Virus record (IMG/VR): IMGVR_UViG_3300033067_001661
Span: 1-64,000 of that record
DNA: 64,000 nucleotides
From: a virus
Taxonomy: Duplodnaviria > Heunggongvirae > Uroviricota > Caudoviricetes
Strand: one strand, 5' to 3'
The position numbers and the translations under genes are program-made. Below the pieces are notes generated by a model. It was given only the letters and a program-made list of their open reading frames with translations. It did no database searches and had not been told where the DNA came from. Below, one piece after another: positions 52,002 through 62,895 of this stretch (positions within the stretch are counted from its first letter, which is position 1; each line of letters begins with the position of its first letter).

Positions 52002-55000
52002 TTACGTTTCCTTCTGATTATAATAGTAGCGGTAACAGATATCAACTTCTGGAGAGGTAAATAGACCCTGAGGGAAGAGAAGGTTCAATCCAATAACCAC
52101 ATCGTCTTCTCTAACGCCATTCACCCAATTCTTGAAGGTGTACCCGATACCAACAACAACAATCTCGTTATTGCTACAGTCTTTGATATTATCGTCTGGA
52201 GGGAAACTAAACTGCGGCTTGACATACAAATACGAACTTTCTGAATTCAATAGATTTCTAATCTCAAAAATGTCAGTAATTGGAGATGTTCTATCAGGAA
52301 GAAGTAAGAACTCTCTATTGAGCCTTTGCATCAATGGCAAGTTCGAATTCAAACTAGAACAAGAAGCAAACTGAAGAACATCAAGTTGATTACCAACTGG
52401 GAAGTAAAACCCTTGAACCTCAGGAGTATAGCTCGACTTGATAAGTAACAATGCATTGCCATTTTTGAATGTTGGAATGTTTGTTGCCGTAATAAGTATA
52501 GGCGCATTAACTGCTATGTTGTAGTTTATAGGCGTTGTCAAGTTTGAACAATCAACAAGTGTTTCATAAGCCACTTCAATTCTGTTCTGAATAATCTCTG
52601 GTCCAGTTGGCTTTGGAGGGTCAATAAGATTCCAGAAGAAATCGCAAAGACCAATATCATAAACACAAGTGTAATCATGATAAATGGTTACTCTCGCTGT
52701 GCCTTCAACCTCAGTCGTTCTACCCTTGACAAGAATATCAACATTCAAATAACATCCAACCAACGATTCTTCGTCGTCATTTTGCGCCAACAATGAAGCA
52801 AGATACCTCTTGACCGCATGCTCAATTCTTAGAATCCAAACTTGAGGATTTCCAGGAACAGGAATCAAAGATATTGCATTTGAAACTTCTGGCGGGAGAT
52901 TGGTAGTAATACTAAAATCATAACTTTCGTCGTCGTCAAATACATTTCTATTGTAGTAAGAACCAAGATGAGGGATTGTTCCTGAAGGATCAAGAGTAAG
53001 AGTAGCTTCTGGAGAAATAAGAACATCCCAAGATCCCCTATTATCAAGAACAAGACCAAAGACTCTTGCGACCTTAGATTCTGTTTGAGACTTCGTATTA
53101 TTTGTTCGATTGACTGCCAAGAAGCCAAACTGATCAAGTTCTGCTGGCTTGTTTGTTATTTTCAATGTTATTGAATCGAGAATACATGAATCCTCAATTG
53201 TTACATCCATAAGCGTTGAATAAACAGGAACTGATATAGTGACAGGAACTCCAAGCCCCTGTTCTGTCCAAACGCTTGTAAACTTAGAATCAGTAGGTAC
53301 AAATGCGTTTATAGAATATGGATTATAACCGTTGCTATATCTTACTAAGCCAGAATAACAAGAAGCAGTTGAAGCATATGTTGTTACCGAATCTTCGGTC
53401 GTTCTGCTCTTAACTAGAAGATAAACAACGTCAGCGTCTATCGTTGTAAAGTTGATTGGGAAAACAGTATTGTAAACAGGCTCAAAGAAAGCATTCGGAG
53501 CAGTATAAGGATAGAAAACACCGTCTTTCTCATATCCGCCAAGAGCAACCTGTATACCGCTTGTTATAGTTCCGCCACCGCCAGGAGGACCGCCTGGACC
53601 TCCATTACTTGCAAAAGCAATGCTATAAGAAATTGTTACATTCTCTGTTGGTATTAGAACATTCGAAATATTTGTTACAGTTCCATTTAGCGTTTTTGGG
53701 AGAGGATTGGATCTTATGTCACTTGTTGTAAATGGAGAAATAAGTCTTAAAGGTCTAGCGTCTGAATGTTGACTTGTTGCAGTATTTATACTTACATCAA
53801 TATTAGAAGCCCAATCAGTTTGTATAGCATTTACCAAAGATACAAGAGTTGAATACTGCGATAGCTGATACCTTCTAACATAAGGTATTTCAGCTTGAGC
53901 ATTCATATTTATATTACCTTGAGTAACTATATCCCAAGGACTAATTGGAGAAGAATTGAGAAGAATGATCGAATTGCCATAATTCGAATCGACAAGAGAC
54001 GCTGTAATATAATCCGAAAGATTTGTGTTTATGAGATTTACAAAATCTCCTAATGTTGTAAATGCATCTCCTTGAACTTGAGTAGCAACAGAAAAAACGC
54101 CTGTTAGATTGAATTTAGAAAAAGTGTTTACAACGGAATTGCCTTCTGAAAGCTGTAAGGTATTTGGAGGCCTAAAATATCTAGTCCATAAAGATGGCCC
54201 ATAGGCAAAAACTGAAACATCGCTTCCGTTTGGCGTTTGCGGAGCAAGAAGATTTGCCGATGGTAAGTTTCCGTAAAAAGATACTGGAACAGAGCAATTA
54301 ACTTGCAATCTTGGCGGTAGCATTGTATAGGACGGGTAAGACCCTCTAACGCTTGAATTTGCTATAACCGCATTAAGCTGAGTCGTAATATTCGTTGCAA
54401 CTTGCTGGATCGTTGTATTAGTTTGCGTATTAACTATTATAGGAGTTCCCTGCAATAGCAAGTTTGCATTATACTGCGAAAAATGAGTGCTATCAGAAGA
54501 TATATCAAGCAAACATTGAGGATCAGAGACTATGGAATGACCATATTGAACTCTATTTTGGACCAAATTAACATATGTATCAGCAAGAGAAAGGCCAAAT
54601 GGGATTAGAGCAAGCTCCCTCCATTCAGTTGTATTTGGAATAAACCACTCTAATATAAGACCATAACTTCCAAACGTCTGTATAAGCCATTGTTCAAATT
54701 CTCTAAATGTTTTTCTAACAGGATTAGATGGATCTGTTACTAAATCGTGAGGAATAAATTCTCTTTGAAACTGAGAAGAATTTGCGTCTTCTGGCTCAAG
54801 TACAAAAACAATAGAATTTGGAGTATTGGGAGAAGAAGCAAGATCTGTAATTGATTCGGATCTAACATCTCCCATTCTGCCGTATTGATATATTGTAACA
54901 ATATTGAATGAAAGACCATTATGCCATAATGGATATTGGCTTAATAAACGACTTCTTACTTCTGCAACAAAATCCTTAACGGTCATGTCATTTGAAAAAT

Positions 55001-56216
55001 CTTCATATCTAAAAGTTGCTGGACCGTTATGATAACCAACAAGCTCAAAATAGTTGTTTAAGGAATTTGTTCTATCTATATTTAGGGTAACAGATACAAA
55101 AACGCTTCCGGTCTGATTTTGAAGATTAAAAGGTCTTCTTACAGCAGCACCAGAATCGTTACAATTGTAATACATGCTAACTTTGCGATTATTTCCAGTT
55201 CCTGTAACTAAAGAACTAAGCTCAACAGATTCTGCTGAATAGATATAATATCGCAACATATCGCCAGATTGTAAAACGCCATTAAGATATCTTCCAATTC
55301 CATAGCGTATAGAGTATTTCAATCTTCGATATATACTTGATTCTCTATAAGGGAAAGAGGCACCACCCGCAGAACCGGAAGGCAATCTCCATAAGCCAAT
55401 AAAGGCATTCATATTCAAGTTTAGATCTGTAGTTATAGTTCCATCTGTAAATGGCAATGGAGTCAAATTCGCAGGAACAAGCCTAATGCCTTCTCTATTT
55501 GTAAAATCTTCTATAACATCAAGACGCAAAGTGTAGTCAAGAGGACTAACGTTGTTGTAAGATATAGACGCAAGAGTTACATTTCTAGAAGTCGGCCAGT
55601 TTCTCTGTATAGAAATGGCAGGAACAGTTTGTCTTATATTACCAGCGTTAATGGACAACTCGCCATTATCAACTGAAACTATGATTGGATTTGGAAAACT
55701 CGAAGGAGGAGCATTGCTTCCATCAAAATTCAAGAACGGTATTACAATGTTATTACTTGGAACGTCTACGTTTGAATCTTCGAATGGTATATTTACAGTA
55801 AACTCTCTTATGCCAGAACTTGCAATAGGAGTTAGATTTACCGTAAAAGTCGCAATGTCGTCAATACCGTTTGAAGCTGGCGTTTCAACCAAAAAGATTG
55901 AACTTCTAATAATGGAAAGCTGAGAATTTGTAAGGCCAGTTCCTGAAACGGTAATAACAGGGTTTCCTGTTGAAACATTTCTTTTAACTCTAAACTGACC
56001 GCTATAAATAGTGCCGTCAGGGTCTTGGCCAGGAACGCCAACAACCGTCATTGTACAAACGCTCGTTTCAGGATTCGGAACCTGAGACGAGATTGATATA
56101 TTCGAAAGAAAGGGACCAGGCGCTGGTACGTCAACGGGAACTCCGTCATAGGTCATTGAAGAACCAATAAACCTTTGTTCTCGAAAGTTTATGTTTGATA
56201 CATATGATTGAGCCAT
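52002..56216 (-). CDS. large (1404 aa) probable virion/tail protein
   Basis: Long Ser/Thr/Asn-rich, beta-type ORF. Confidence 0.75.
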   Translation of the reverse strand: MAQSYVSNINFREQRFIGSSMTYDGVPVDVPAPGPFLSNISISSQVPNPETSVCTMTVVGVPGQDPDGTIYSGQFRVKRNVSTGNPVITVSGTGLTNSQLSIIRSSIFLVETPASNGIDDIATFTVNLTPIASSGIREFTVNIPFEDSNVDVPSNNIVIPFLNFDGSNAPPSSFPNPIIVSVDNGELSINAGNIRQTVPAISIQRNWPTSRNVTLASISYNNVSPLDYTLRLDVIEDFTNREGIRLVPANLTPLPFTDGTITTDLNLNMNAFIGLWRLPSGSAGGASFPYRESSIYRRLKYSIRYGIGRYLNGVLQSGDMLRYYIYSAESVELSSLVTGTGNNRKVSMYYNCNDSGAAVRRPFNLQNQTGSVFVSVTLNIDRTNSLNNYFELVGYHNGPATFRYEDFSNDMTVKDFVAEVRSRLLSQYPLWHNGLSFNIVTIYQYGRMGDVRSESITDLASSPNTPNSIVFVLEPEDANSSQFQREFIPHDLVTDPSNPVRKTFREFEQWLIQTFGSYGLILEWFIPNTTEWRELALIPFGLSLADTYVNLVQNRVQYGHSIVSDPQCLLDISSDSTHFSQYNANLLLQGTPIIVNTQTNTTIQQVATNITTQLNAVIANSSVRGSYPSYTMLPPRLQVNCSVPVSFYGNLPSANLLAPQTPNGSDVSVFAYGPSLWTRYFRPPNTLQLSEGNSVVNTFSKFNLTGVFSVATQVQGDAFTTLGDFVNLINTNLSDYITASLVDSNYGNSIILLNSSPISPWDIVTQGNINMNAQAEIPYVRRYQLSQYSTLVSLVNAIQTDWASNIDVSINTATSQHSDARPLRLISPFTTSDIRSNPLPKTLNGTVTNISNVLIPTENVTISYSIAFASNGGPGGPPGGGGTITSGIQVALGGYEKDGVFYPYTAPNAFFEPVYNTVFPINFTTIDADVVYLLVKSRTTEDSVTTYASTASCYSGLVRYSNGYNPYSINAFVPTDSKFTSVWTEQGLGVPVTISVPVYSTLMDVTIEDSCILDSITLKITNKPAELDQFGFLAVNRTNNTKSQTESKVARVFGLVLDNRGSWDVLISPEATLTLDPSGTIPHLGSYYNRNVFDDDESYDFSITTNLPPEVSNAISLIPVPGNPQVWILRIEHAVKRYLASLLAQNDDEESLVGCYLNVDILVKGRTTEVEGTARVTIYHDYTCVYDIGLCDFFWNLIDPPKPTGPEIIQNRIEVAYETLVDCSNLTTPINYNIAVNAPILITATNIPTFKNGNALLLIKSSYTPEVQGFYFPVGNQLDVLQFASCSSLNSNLPLMQRLNREFLLLPDRTSPITDIFEIRNLLNSESSYLYVKPQFSFPPDDNIKDCSNNEIVVVGIGYTFKNWVNGVREDDVVIGLNLLFPQGLFTSPEVDICYRYYYNQKET

Positions 56217-56222
56217 CTATTT

Positions 56223-58910
56223 TCAGACCTTTACATACTTACCAGGAAGCTCTACGCCAACTTCAACTCGCTGCTTTTTACCATTTGAGTCTTCCAATAC
56301 AACATATCCGTCAGATTTAGAAACAACTCTAAAAGATTCTTCTTGACTTGCTTCAAAAGCAATGCCTGAAGACTTACTTCTAAATCTGTCTCCAACAGCA
56401 ACCATTGAAGAAGAGCCAGGCTCTCTATAAATCATCGACTTAACGCCTTCCCATTCTGAAGGAGAACCTTCTCCAGGAAGTCTACCGCCAGCGCCAAACT
56501 CAGAAGCAGAACTTGCGTCTGCCTCTTTTACTCTATTATACCAGCCTTGAGCCTTTTTTGGACCATACATATTCTCTATCTCCATTCGCATAGACTCAAC
56601 AAACGCAATTGCTTGCTGTTCGTCCACGATATTACCGCCAAGCTGCTCTTCAAGAAGCTTGTCTTGAATATACTTAATGAAAGAGGGCAATCCCTTTGGC
56701 GGCTTAGGAGTTAGAGTAGGAAACATCTGCTGTAAACGGTTGCCGTCAACAAGCGGTTTCATCTGAATTGGAACAGGCCTATTCAAGTATTCTCTCATTT
56801 GCTCGGCATGTTGACCCTTTAGGTCAAAGTCAGCCTGATCGCCTTCATCAGACTTCGCCATTGTATCTGCTTGAGCATGCATCATAACAAACTCCCAGAG
56901 ATCCTTTCGGTCGCTACCTGGGATTTGCGTATCACGCATAAACTTACCAATGGATTTGTTAGTCCAAGAGTCAGTGTGAGGCCTCATATGTTGACGAACA
57001 ACGACATTGACAAACTTACGGTCGTCTTCGCCAATACCAATTCTCTTCATGATGGCGTCAGCTATGTCAGCAGACTTATCCTCATGACCAACATAGGTAT
57101 ATTCGCCTGGATCATGTTCTTTCGGCTTTCCAATTTCAGGATGAGCCTTACCATAATCATGAAAGACCGCAGCCATAAGCATGTTGATTCGATCTTTCTT
57201 GGAAACATTTCTTTGCTTCATGAGTTTGTCAAGATTTTCGACAACTCTCAAAGTATGCTCAAGAAGGTTGAACTTGTGATGCCTATTCCTTTGGTCCATG
57301 TTAAGGGGAAGTAGGTTCCTTGTCTCTTCAGCGTCAAAAATAGCAGCGTCGAGACCTGTTGCAAACATGGCTCGAATGGCAGCCGCAGGTCTTTCTGCGC
57401 CAAACATCTTAATAATTTCAGGACCAGCCCTCTCAGGAGCCACCTTGCTTCTATAGGCATTATGAACATCAGGGTCTCTCATTGCATTGAGAGTCCCTTC
57501 GTCAATATTTGCATTTGGATAACGACTATAGAAACGGAAAACTCTAAGCATTCGCAAAGGGTCGTCCATAAACGTCTTTTTCGGGTCCAGAGGCGTCCTA
57601 AGAACCATAGATTGAAGATCTTTGAGACCTCCAACATAATCCTCGACCTGACCAGTATTAACGTTATAGAACATGGCGTTGATTGTTAAATCTCGCCTCA
57701 AAGCGTCAACCTTTGGATCGTCAGAAAGAGTCATTGTTGGAATACGAGAATCGCCATAGCTCTCGTCTCGAAGGTTGACAAAATCAATCTTCAAACCACC
57801 AATGTCAAGAGCGGTTGTTTCAAGATGCTTTGACTTCTCAACATTCTGCTTTACAACATATGCAGAGTCAACCTTAATGGGAGAACCTGGAACCATCTTT
57901 GTATATTCAATGGCCTTATTGACAAACTGTTGTCCAGTCATTTTGTCAAGAGCGATATCAATATCGTCGCTTGGAGTTCCAAGAAGTTTATCTCGAACCC
58001 AGCCGCCTGCAACTCTGAAAGTAATACCCAAAGACATCTTTGTATTGATATCCATGAGGGTTGCAAAGATTGTTTGCTCTTGAGGAGTTAGATTGATTTG
58101 AGGCATTGCTGCTGCTTCTTTTCTACGTCCAATATGACGAACTATGCTGTCAAAAAATCCAGAGTTAGCCCAATATTCTGCTGTATATCTCTCTGGCCTT
58201 CTCTTATATACTTTACTATCAGGATGCCTGTCCCATCTTATTGATAATACATCTTGCAAAGCCTGCGTTGGGCTAATAGACCTACACTTCTCTTTATGAA
58301 TACCAAGAGAGGGTATATCAACCTCAAATAAGTGCATTGTTCTTGCGAACTTATACTTATCTATACCAGGTATGAAAGAAGTCGTATAAACAGGACAGCC
58401 AATATTAGTCTCTTTAGAAATTGCTTCAACTACTCGAACATTTTCATACCCGCCTCCCTCAACAACAATGCAGTTGATCGCATCTGTTATATCGAGTTCA
58501 TTGGAGTCAAAAATCGCAAGACCACCATAAGTCTTGACTTCGCAGCCATTCTTTTCTGCAATTTTGTTCGGGTCTAACGACAAGAACAATCTGCATTTCT
58601 GTTCTTTGAAAATTCTATCAGAGGCGGCATTGGAGAACAATAGAATACTAGAAGGAGCGGTAACTCTCTTTGTCTCTAGTATCCTGCGAAGCTGAACAAT
58701 GTCGCATGGATAAACCGACTTGCCATAAAACTCCTTATTCTCGAAAACGACCTGCAATAAATGCCTTGGAGAAACCTGCAAAATTCTCTCTGTATCTCTA
58801 GCGGAAAGAAGAGCGCGAATTATATCCTTAGCAAGATCTTCAGTCAACTTCTGACCGCAATTCTGCTGATAAACCGTAATCGTGTCTTTGATGATCGTTT
58901 CGAAATCCAT
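56223..58910 (-). CDS. tRNA nucleotidyltransferase (class II CCA-adding/PolyA polymerase family, HD domain) with N- and C-terminal extensions
   Basis: VAGGWVRD..DIDIA, RRDLTINA, DDPLRMLR, EHT...FHDYGK. Confidence 0.92.
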   Translation of the reverse strand: MDFETIIKDTITVYQQNCGQKLTEDLAKDIIRALLSARDTERILQVSPRHLLQVVFENKEFYGKSVYPCDIVQLRRILETKRVTAPSSILLFSNAASDRIFKEQKCRLFLSLDPNKIAEKNGCEVKTYGGLAIFDSNELDITDAINCIVVEGGGYENVRVVEAISKETNIGCPVYTTSFIPGIDKYKFARTMHLFEVDIPSLGIHKEKCRSISPTQALQDVLSIRWDRHPDSKVYKRRPERYTAEYWANSGFFDSIVRHIGRRKEAAAMPQINLTPQEQTIFATLMDINTKMSLGITFRVAGGWVRDKLLGTPSDDIDIALDKMTGQQFVNKAIEYTKMVPGSPIKVDSAYVVKQNVEKSKHLETTALDIGGLKIDFVNLRDESYGDSRIPTMTLSDDPKVDALRRDLTINAMFYNVNTGQVEDYVGGLKDLQSMVLRTPLDPKKTFMDDPLRMLRVFRFYSRYPNANIDEGTLNAMRDPDVHNAYRSKVAPERAGPEIIKMFGAERPAAAIRAMFATGLDAAIFDAEETRNLLPLNMDQRNRHHKFNLLEHTLRVVENLDKLMKQRNVSKKDRINMLMAAVFHDYGKAHPEIGKPKEHDPGEYTYVGHEDKSADIADAIMKRIGIGEDDRKFVNVVVRQHMRPHTDSWTNKSIGKFMRDTQIPGSDRKDLWEFVMMHAQADTMAKSDEGDQADFDLKGQHAEQMREYLNRPVPIQMKPLVDGNRLQQMFPTLTPKPPKGLPSFIKYIQDKLLEEQLGGNIVDEQQAIAFVESMRMEIENMYGPKKAQGWYNRVKEADASSASEFGAGGRLPGEGSPSEWEGVKSMIYREPGSSSMVAVGDRFRSKSSGIAFEASQEESFRVVSKSDGYVVLEDSNGKKQRVEVGVELPGKYVKV

Positions 58911-58912
58911 TG

Positions 58913-59140
58913 TTAAGACCTCTTTCTCCTACACCCTCCGCAACCAGGTTTAGCAGGCTTTGGAGCAGGAGTAGTCTGAGGCGACGGAGGAGCCGCTGGT
59001 GGAGGGGATGTTTTTGACTGGTTTGGTTGACTTGGCGGAGTTTGAGATTGAGAAACTACTGTTGCTGGTTTCATCTGCGGGGTTCCAAGGCCAATCTTCT
59101 GAAACAATCTTTTCTTCTGTATGATATCATTTAGTGACAT
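58913..59140 (-). CDS. small Pro-rich protein ending in CGGC
   Basis: 75-aa ORF in an operon. Confidence 0.65.
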   Translation of the reverse strand: MSLNDIIQKKRLFQKIGLGTPQMKPATVVSQSQTPPSQPNQSKTSPPPAAPPSPQTTPAPKPAKPGCGGCRRKRS

Positions 59141-59795
59141 TTAATGTCTCCGTTTCCTTAACTACTACGTCTAGAATATCCTGTATGGCTTGTTTAGCCT
59201 CTGGACTTTTAGCATCATTCCATTTGATTGTCATAACGTTATTGAGTCTTTCAATTAGTATCTTGACTGGTTCATTTTCTGATTGCAATGCCTTAATTCG
59301 CTCTTGAACTTTAGTCGCCTGATCAATAAGCTTTATTAGAGTCTCATGACTCTTCCTCATTTCCTCAGGATTTGTTTGATGAATTGCAGATGCAAGCATA
59401 TGTATTTGTTGATCAAGCAAAGAAGAATAAAGCCTTAGACGGTCTTCGTCTTGCATCTTGATTTTAGAATAGTCTTCTAAGTTTTCCGCATAAGCCTTTA
59501 TTCTGGCTTCTATCATTGGTTTCTGATAATGCTGAACAAAATGATTATGAACAGCTTTATCAGAAATATCTTCTTTCTTACTCTTCAACCACTTATAAAC
59601 ATAATGAGGATTCTTGCCTTCAGCAAACATCTCTTCAGCTTCTGTTCTATAGATTGAATTACAGAGTTTGCAGTTTGTTTTGACTATGGGATGGCATGTT
59701 AGGTCTTTAGCATAATCTATAATGCTAGAATACTCTCTTGGGTCTTTCGCAAGAGCTTTTGTTTCTGCTTTTTGTATGTCCTTGTCTTCAGCCAC
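59127..59795 (-). CDS. hypothetical protein (CxxC...HxxxH, coiled coil)
   Basis: CKLC...HNHFVQH. Confidence 0.7.
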   Translation of the reverse strand: MAEDKDIQKAETKALAKDPREYSSIIDYAKDLTCHPIVKTNCKLCNSIYRTEAEEMFAEGKNPHYVYKWLKSKKEDISDKAVHNHFVQHYQKPMIEARIKAYAENLEDYSKIKMQDEDRLRLYSSLLDQQIHMLASAIHQTNPEEMRKSHETLIKLIDQATKVQERIKALQSENEPVKILIERLNNVMTIKWNDAKSPEAKQAIQDILDVVVKETETLNVTK

Positions 59796-59807
59796 AGCTT
59801 TCTCCTA

Positions 59808-60206
59808 TTAGAACAAACCTTTTTTAGGCTTGATGTAGTCTTTAGGGCCGTCTGAGAACTCTTCTCTAAGTTCTACAAGCTTAGAGATTCTTCTGTCAAG
59901 TTCTATTGCGGCCTCTTTACAAAGATCGGCAAACTTTGAAGGAGAATCCATCGCAACTTTATCAGCTTGTTCCAAAAGCTCCATAACAATCGGAAATGAC
60001 GAAATCTTCTTATTAGCCCTCAACTCGGCAACAACGCCTCTTGCTCCTCTTTGTGTTTGATAAACTAACCTTGCGCAATAATCAAGCATATCAGCAATGC
60101 CTATCAAGGATTCAATTCTTGAATTAACAAGATTTCTGTCAGAAAAGTTATCAATCTTGAAAGATTGATCCTCGTCAAACATTTGCTGGCTCTTCTTATA
60201 CCACAT
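59808..60206 (-). CDS. hypothetical protein, MWYKKSQ N-terminus
   Basis: 132-aa ORF. Confidence 0.7.
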   Translation of the reverse strand: MWYKKSQQMFDEDQSFKIDNFSDRNLVNSRIESLIGIADMLDYCARLVYQTQRGARGVVAELRANKKISSFPIVMELLEQADKVAMDSPSKFADLCKEAAIELDRRISKLVELREEFSDGPKDYIKPKKGLF

Positions 60207-60922
60207 TAGTTCACCTTTTTGATTTGAATATCAAAGTTTTCTGTAGCGTCAGCAAAATCTCCATCTGGAGACTTCTGTAATACTATACCCTCTAAACTGT
60301 CACCATTAACCTGAATATAGAAGGCCTCCATACCCGTAAGTTCTCCCTTGACCGCCATAGAGAACTTATTACCGAGTATGCTAAAAACAACCCTCATACC
60401 TTCTTCGCTTTGATAGAAGTTTTGTGCATTCTTAGCAATCGCTTTCGTATTGGCAACAATTCTTCTAACTTTTAGTTCTTTAGCAGCAGTTCTTATGGCT
60501 CCTCTTAGGATTTCCATATCTGCTTCATATGTTTCTTGAGAAAGGGGTATCTTTACAAGTTCTTCGAGAATTGGATTGTAAATACCAAAATCCACTTTTG
60601 CGGCTTTGGTTGCCTTTCCTTTGCTTACCGACATTTTCATTTGAGGAACAGAAGCAAAAGAACTTATGCTCGAAAGCAAAGAGTCTTTATCAAGATGGCA
60701 TCCGTTTTTGTCAATTACAAATTCGTCGTCCTTCTCAACCTCGCCCTCGGTTATGTCATGGTCTTCTACGCCCTCGTCAGCACTAACGGCCTCGCCTTTT
60801 CCTGCCTTCAAAAGCGCAGCTTCCAAAAAGCTATCGTTGATATGAACGCCATGCATATCGACCGTCTTACCGTCGATAACTTCTTTCTGTCCTCTTGTTG
60901 AGGGTATATCAGCCATTCGCAT
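60206..60922 (-). CDS. hypothetical protein
   Basis: 238-aa ORF, AGGAGG RBS. Confidence 0.7.
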   Translation of the reverse strand: MRMADIPSTRGQKEVIDGKTVDMHGVHINDSFLEAALLKAGKGEAVSADEGVEDHDITEGEVEKDDEFVIDKNGCHLDKDSLLSSISSFASVPQMKMSVSKGKATKAAKVDFGIYNPILEELVKIPLSQETYEADMEILRGAIRTAAKELKVRRIVANTKAIAKNAQNFYQSEEGMRVVFSILGNKFSMAVKGELTGMEAFYIQVNGDSLEGIVLQKSPDGDFADATENFDIQIKKVN

Positions 60923-61553
60923 GCCTCCTAATGTATTCAGCTATTAGAAGTGATTCGGCTTTACCGTCGTCCTTCTTTAGCTCAAAACACTCCTTCAATT
61001 CAGGATACAATTTTCCGGCCAATTCTCTTGCTTTATCTTTTGCAAGTTTTTTGGCTTTATCCATATCCTGTTTGTATTGTTTCTTTGCGTCTTTATGTTT
61101 CTTTCTATCAGTCGCAGACAATCTATTAATTTCCACAGGCTTTAACTTGAGTATGTCGGGCTTATCAAGCTTTTTGAGCAAATCGTCAGGCCATTCAGTC
61201 TTCCATGTCAACGGAGTAATAAGCTTCAACTCAAAACCTAAACATCCAATAATGCCCTTCCAGATTCCAAAGCCTTCTCCAAAATGGAACATACTTACAG
61301 TACCCTGACCAGGCATGGCGGATACCTTTTCAAGACAAACTAAAACGTTCTTACCTTGATACGGCCTAAGAGTGTCTGATATAAGCTTGACATTGTATTC
61401 GTTTTTAGCTTTTACTTTGCCTGTTGCTTTTGTCTTTATAACAGGAACGCCATAAACCTTGGTATCAATAATCTTACCATCTTTTTGAGTTATAACGGAA
61501 TAAGCCCCGCCAAGTCCAGGGTCTATACCAATAAAATGAAATTCGTCATTCAT
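60909..61553 (-). CDS. RuvC-like Holliday junction resolvase
   Basis: IGIDPG, LEKV..MP.QG..SMF.FG, P..WK, DGKAESLLIA. Confidence 0.88.
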   Translation of the reverse strand: MNDEFHFIGIDPGLGGAYSVITQKDGKIIDTKVYGVPVIKTKATGKVKAKNEYNVKLISDTLRPYQGKNVLVCLEKVSAMPGQGTVSMFHFGEGFGIWKGIIGCLGFELKLITPLTWKTEWPDDLLKKLDKPDILKLKPVEINRLSATDRKKHKDAKKQYKQDMDKAKKLAKDKARELAGKLYPELKECFELKKDDGKAESLLIAEYIRRHANG

Positions 61554-61588
61554 GTAGATAATCTCCTATTTCTAGGAAATTATCGTCA

Positions 61589-62524
61589 TTAGAGACCTAA
61601 TGACTCTATGGTACGTTGCAAACCTTCTTCAAAAGTAAACTTGGGTTCATATCCAAGAACTTTCCTGGCAAGCTGTATAGAAGGGTATGTCCTCATTACA
61701 TCACCAGGTCTAAATGGTGCTTGTTCTATATCAACATTGAATCTTGAAGTAATCATTCCAAGTATTTCGTTGTTACTAATTTCCGTTCCGCTAGCAATAT
61801 TAATCGGGATACCCTTTAACTCGCCTTTATACGTTGCCGCAAGTATGTTGGCTTGAACAATATCCTCAACATAGACCATATCTCGGCTTTGTTCTCCGGT
61901 TCCGTCTTTTCTAAGAGGCATATTATTCTTGATAGCATTTAGCCAAGCACTAACGGCTGTTGCATATGCTCCTGTAAGATACTGATACGGTCCATAAACA
62001 TTGAAATATCTCAACGATACAGCATCAAAGCCATGAGTTCTACTACTAAATTCAATAAGTTGCTCGCATAACAGTTTCTGTAATCCATAAGGCGATTCAG
62101 GCTTCTTTTCGGAACCTTCTGTTGTAGGGAAAACAGTTGTATTTCCATAAACAGCAGCAGAAGAAGCAAAAACAATTCTTCCTATATTGGAATCTTTTGA
62201 TATCTCAGAAAGCATCATTAGCGTTGTTTCTTGAACATTATTTTTGAAAGACGCATAAGGTCTCTCAACTGAATAAGACACGCTTGGCAAAGCTGCTAAA
62301 TGGAAAACAACGTCAAAATTATCAAACTTTGACGTAATAGCAAAAGACTTAAGACTTTGATTGTAAAGCTTAAAAGAACCAGCTTTGGCTATAACTTCTC
62401 TTCGGAAAGCATGTTGCTCTGTTTTTCCTTCATCAACGATAACAACCTCCCACCCAAGCGACAAGCACTTGAGCGCGAGGTTGCACCCTATGAAACCAAG
62501 TCCGCCAGTTATCAATACCCTCAT
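61589..62524 (-). CDS. NAD-dependent epimerase/dehydratase
   Basis: TGGLGFIG, SSAAVYG, YGLQK, RYFNVYGP. Confidence 0.93.
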   Translation of the reverse strand: MRVLITGGLGFIGCNLALKCLSLGWEVVIVDEGKTEQHAFRREVIAKAGSFKLYNQSLKSFAITSKFDNFDVVFHLAALPSVSYSVERPYASFKNNVQETTLMMLSEISKDSNIGRIVFASSAAVYGNTTVFPTTEGSEKKPESPYGLQKLLCEQLIEFSSRTHGFDAVSLRYFNVYGPYQYLTGAYATAVSAWLNAIKNNMPLRKDGTGEQSRDMVYVEDIVQANILAATYKGELKGIPINIASGTEISNNEILGMITSRFNVDIEQAPFRPGDVMRTYPSIQLARKVLGYEPKFTFEEGLQRTIESLGL

Positions 62525-62559
62525 AAATCACCTTATTAGGGCGTTAAAGGGTATGTAGC

Positions 62560-62895
62560 TTACTTTTTACCCTTAGCCTTTTTTGTATTCGACTTTTTAG
62601 TGGCTTTTACCTTCTCGACTGCTTTTTCCTTCTCAGGAAAAGTAACAGCGCCAAGTGCTGCCTCTTTTTGCAAACTAGAAAGCAACATCCAAACCTCTCC
62701 TGCAACTTTTCCGACTATCTGGCGATACTCTGCGCCAGGGTCTTTCTTAATTGCAACAACAACAAAATTGTCGTTATAAGAGGAATTCTTATAGTGGAAC
62801 TTCTGTCCAACCGGGAAAACGTGGCTCTCTGCAACGCTTTTACTAATGATTTCACCATGAAAAAGAATGGATTGATCTCTGTCAGACTTTGGCAT
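62560..62895 (-). CDS. hypothetical protein
   Basis: AGGAG RBS before MPKSDRD. Confidence 0.65.
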   Translation of the reverse strand: MPKSDRDQSILFHGEIISKSVAESHVFPVGQKFHYKNSSYNDNFVVVAIKKDPGAEYRQIVGKVAGEVWMLLSSLQKEAALGAVTFPEKEKAVEKVKATKKSNTKKAKGKK

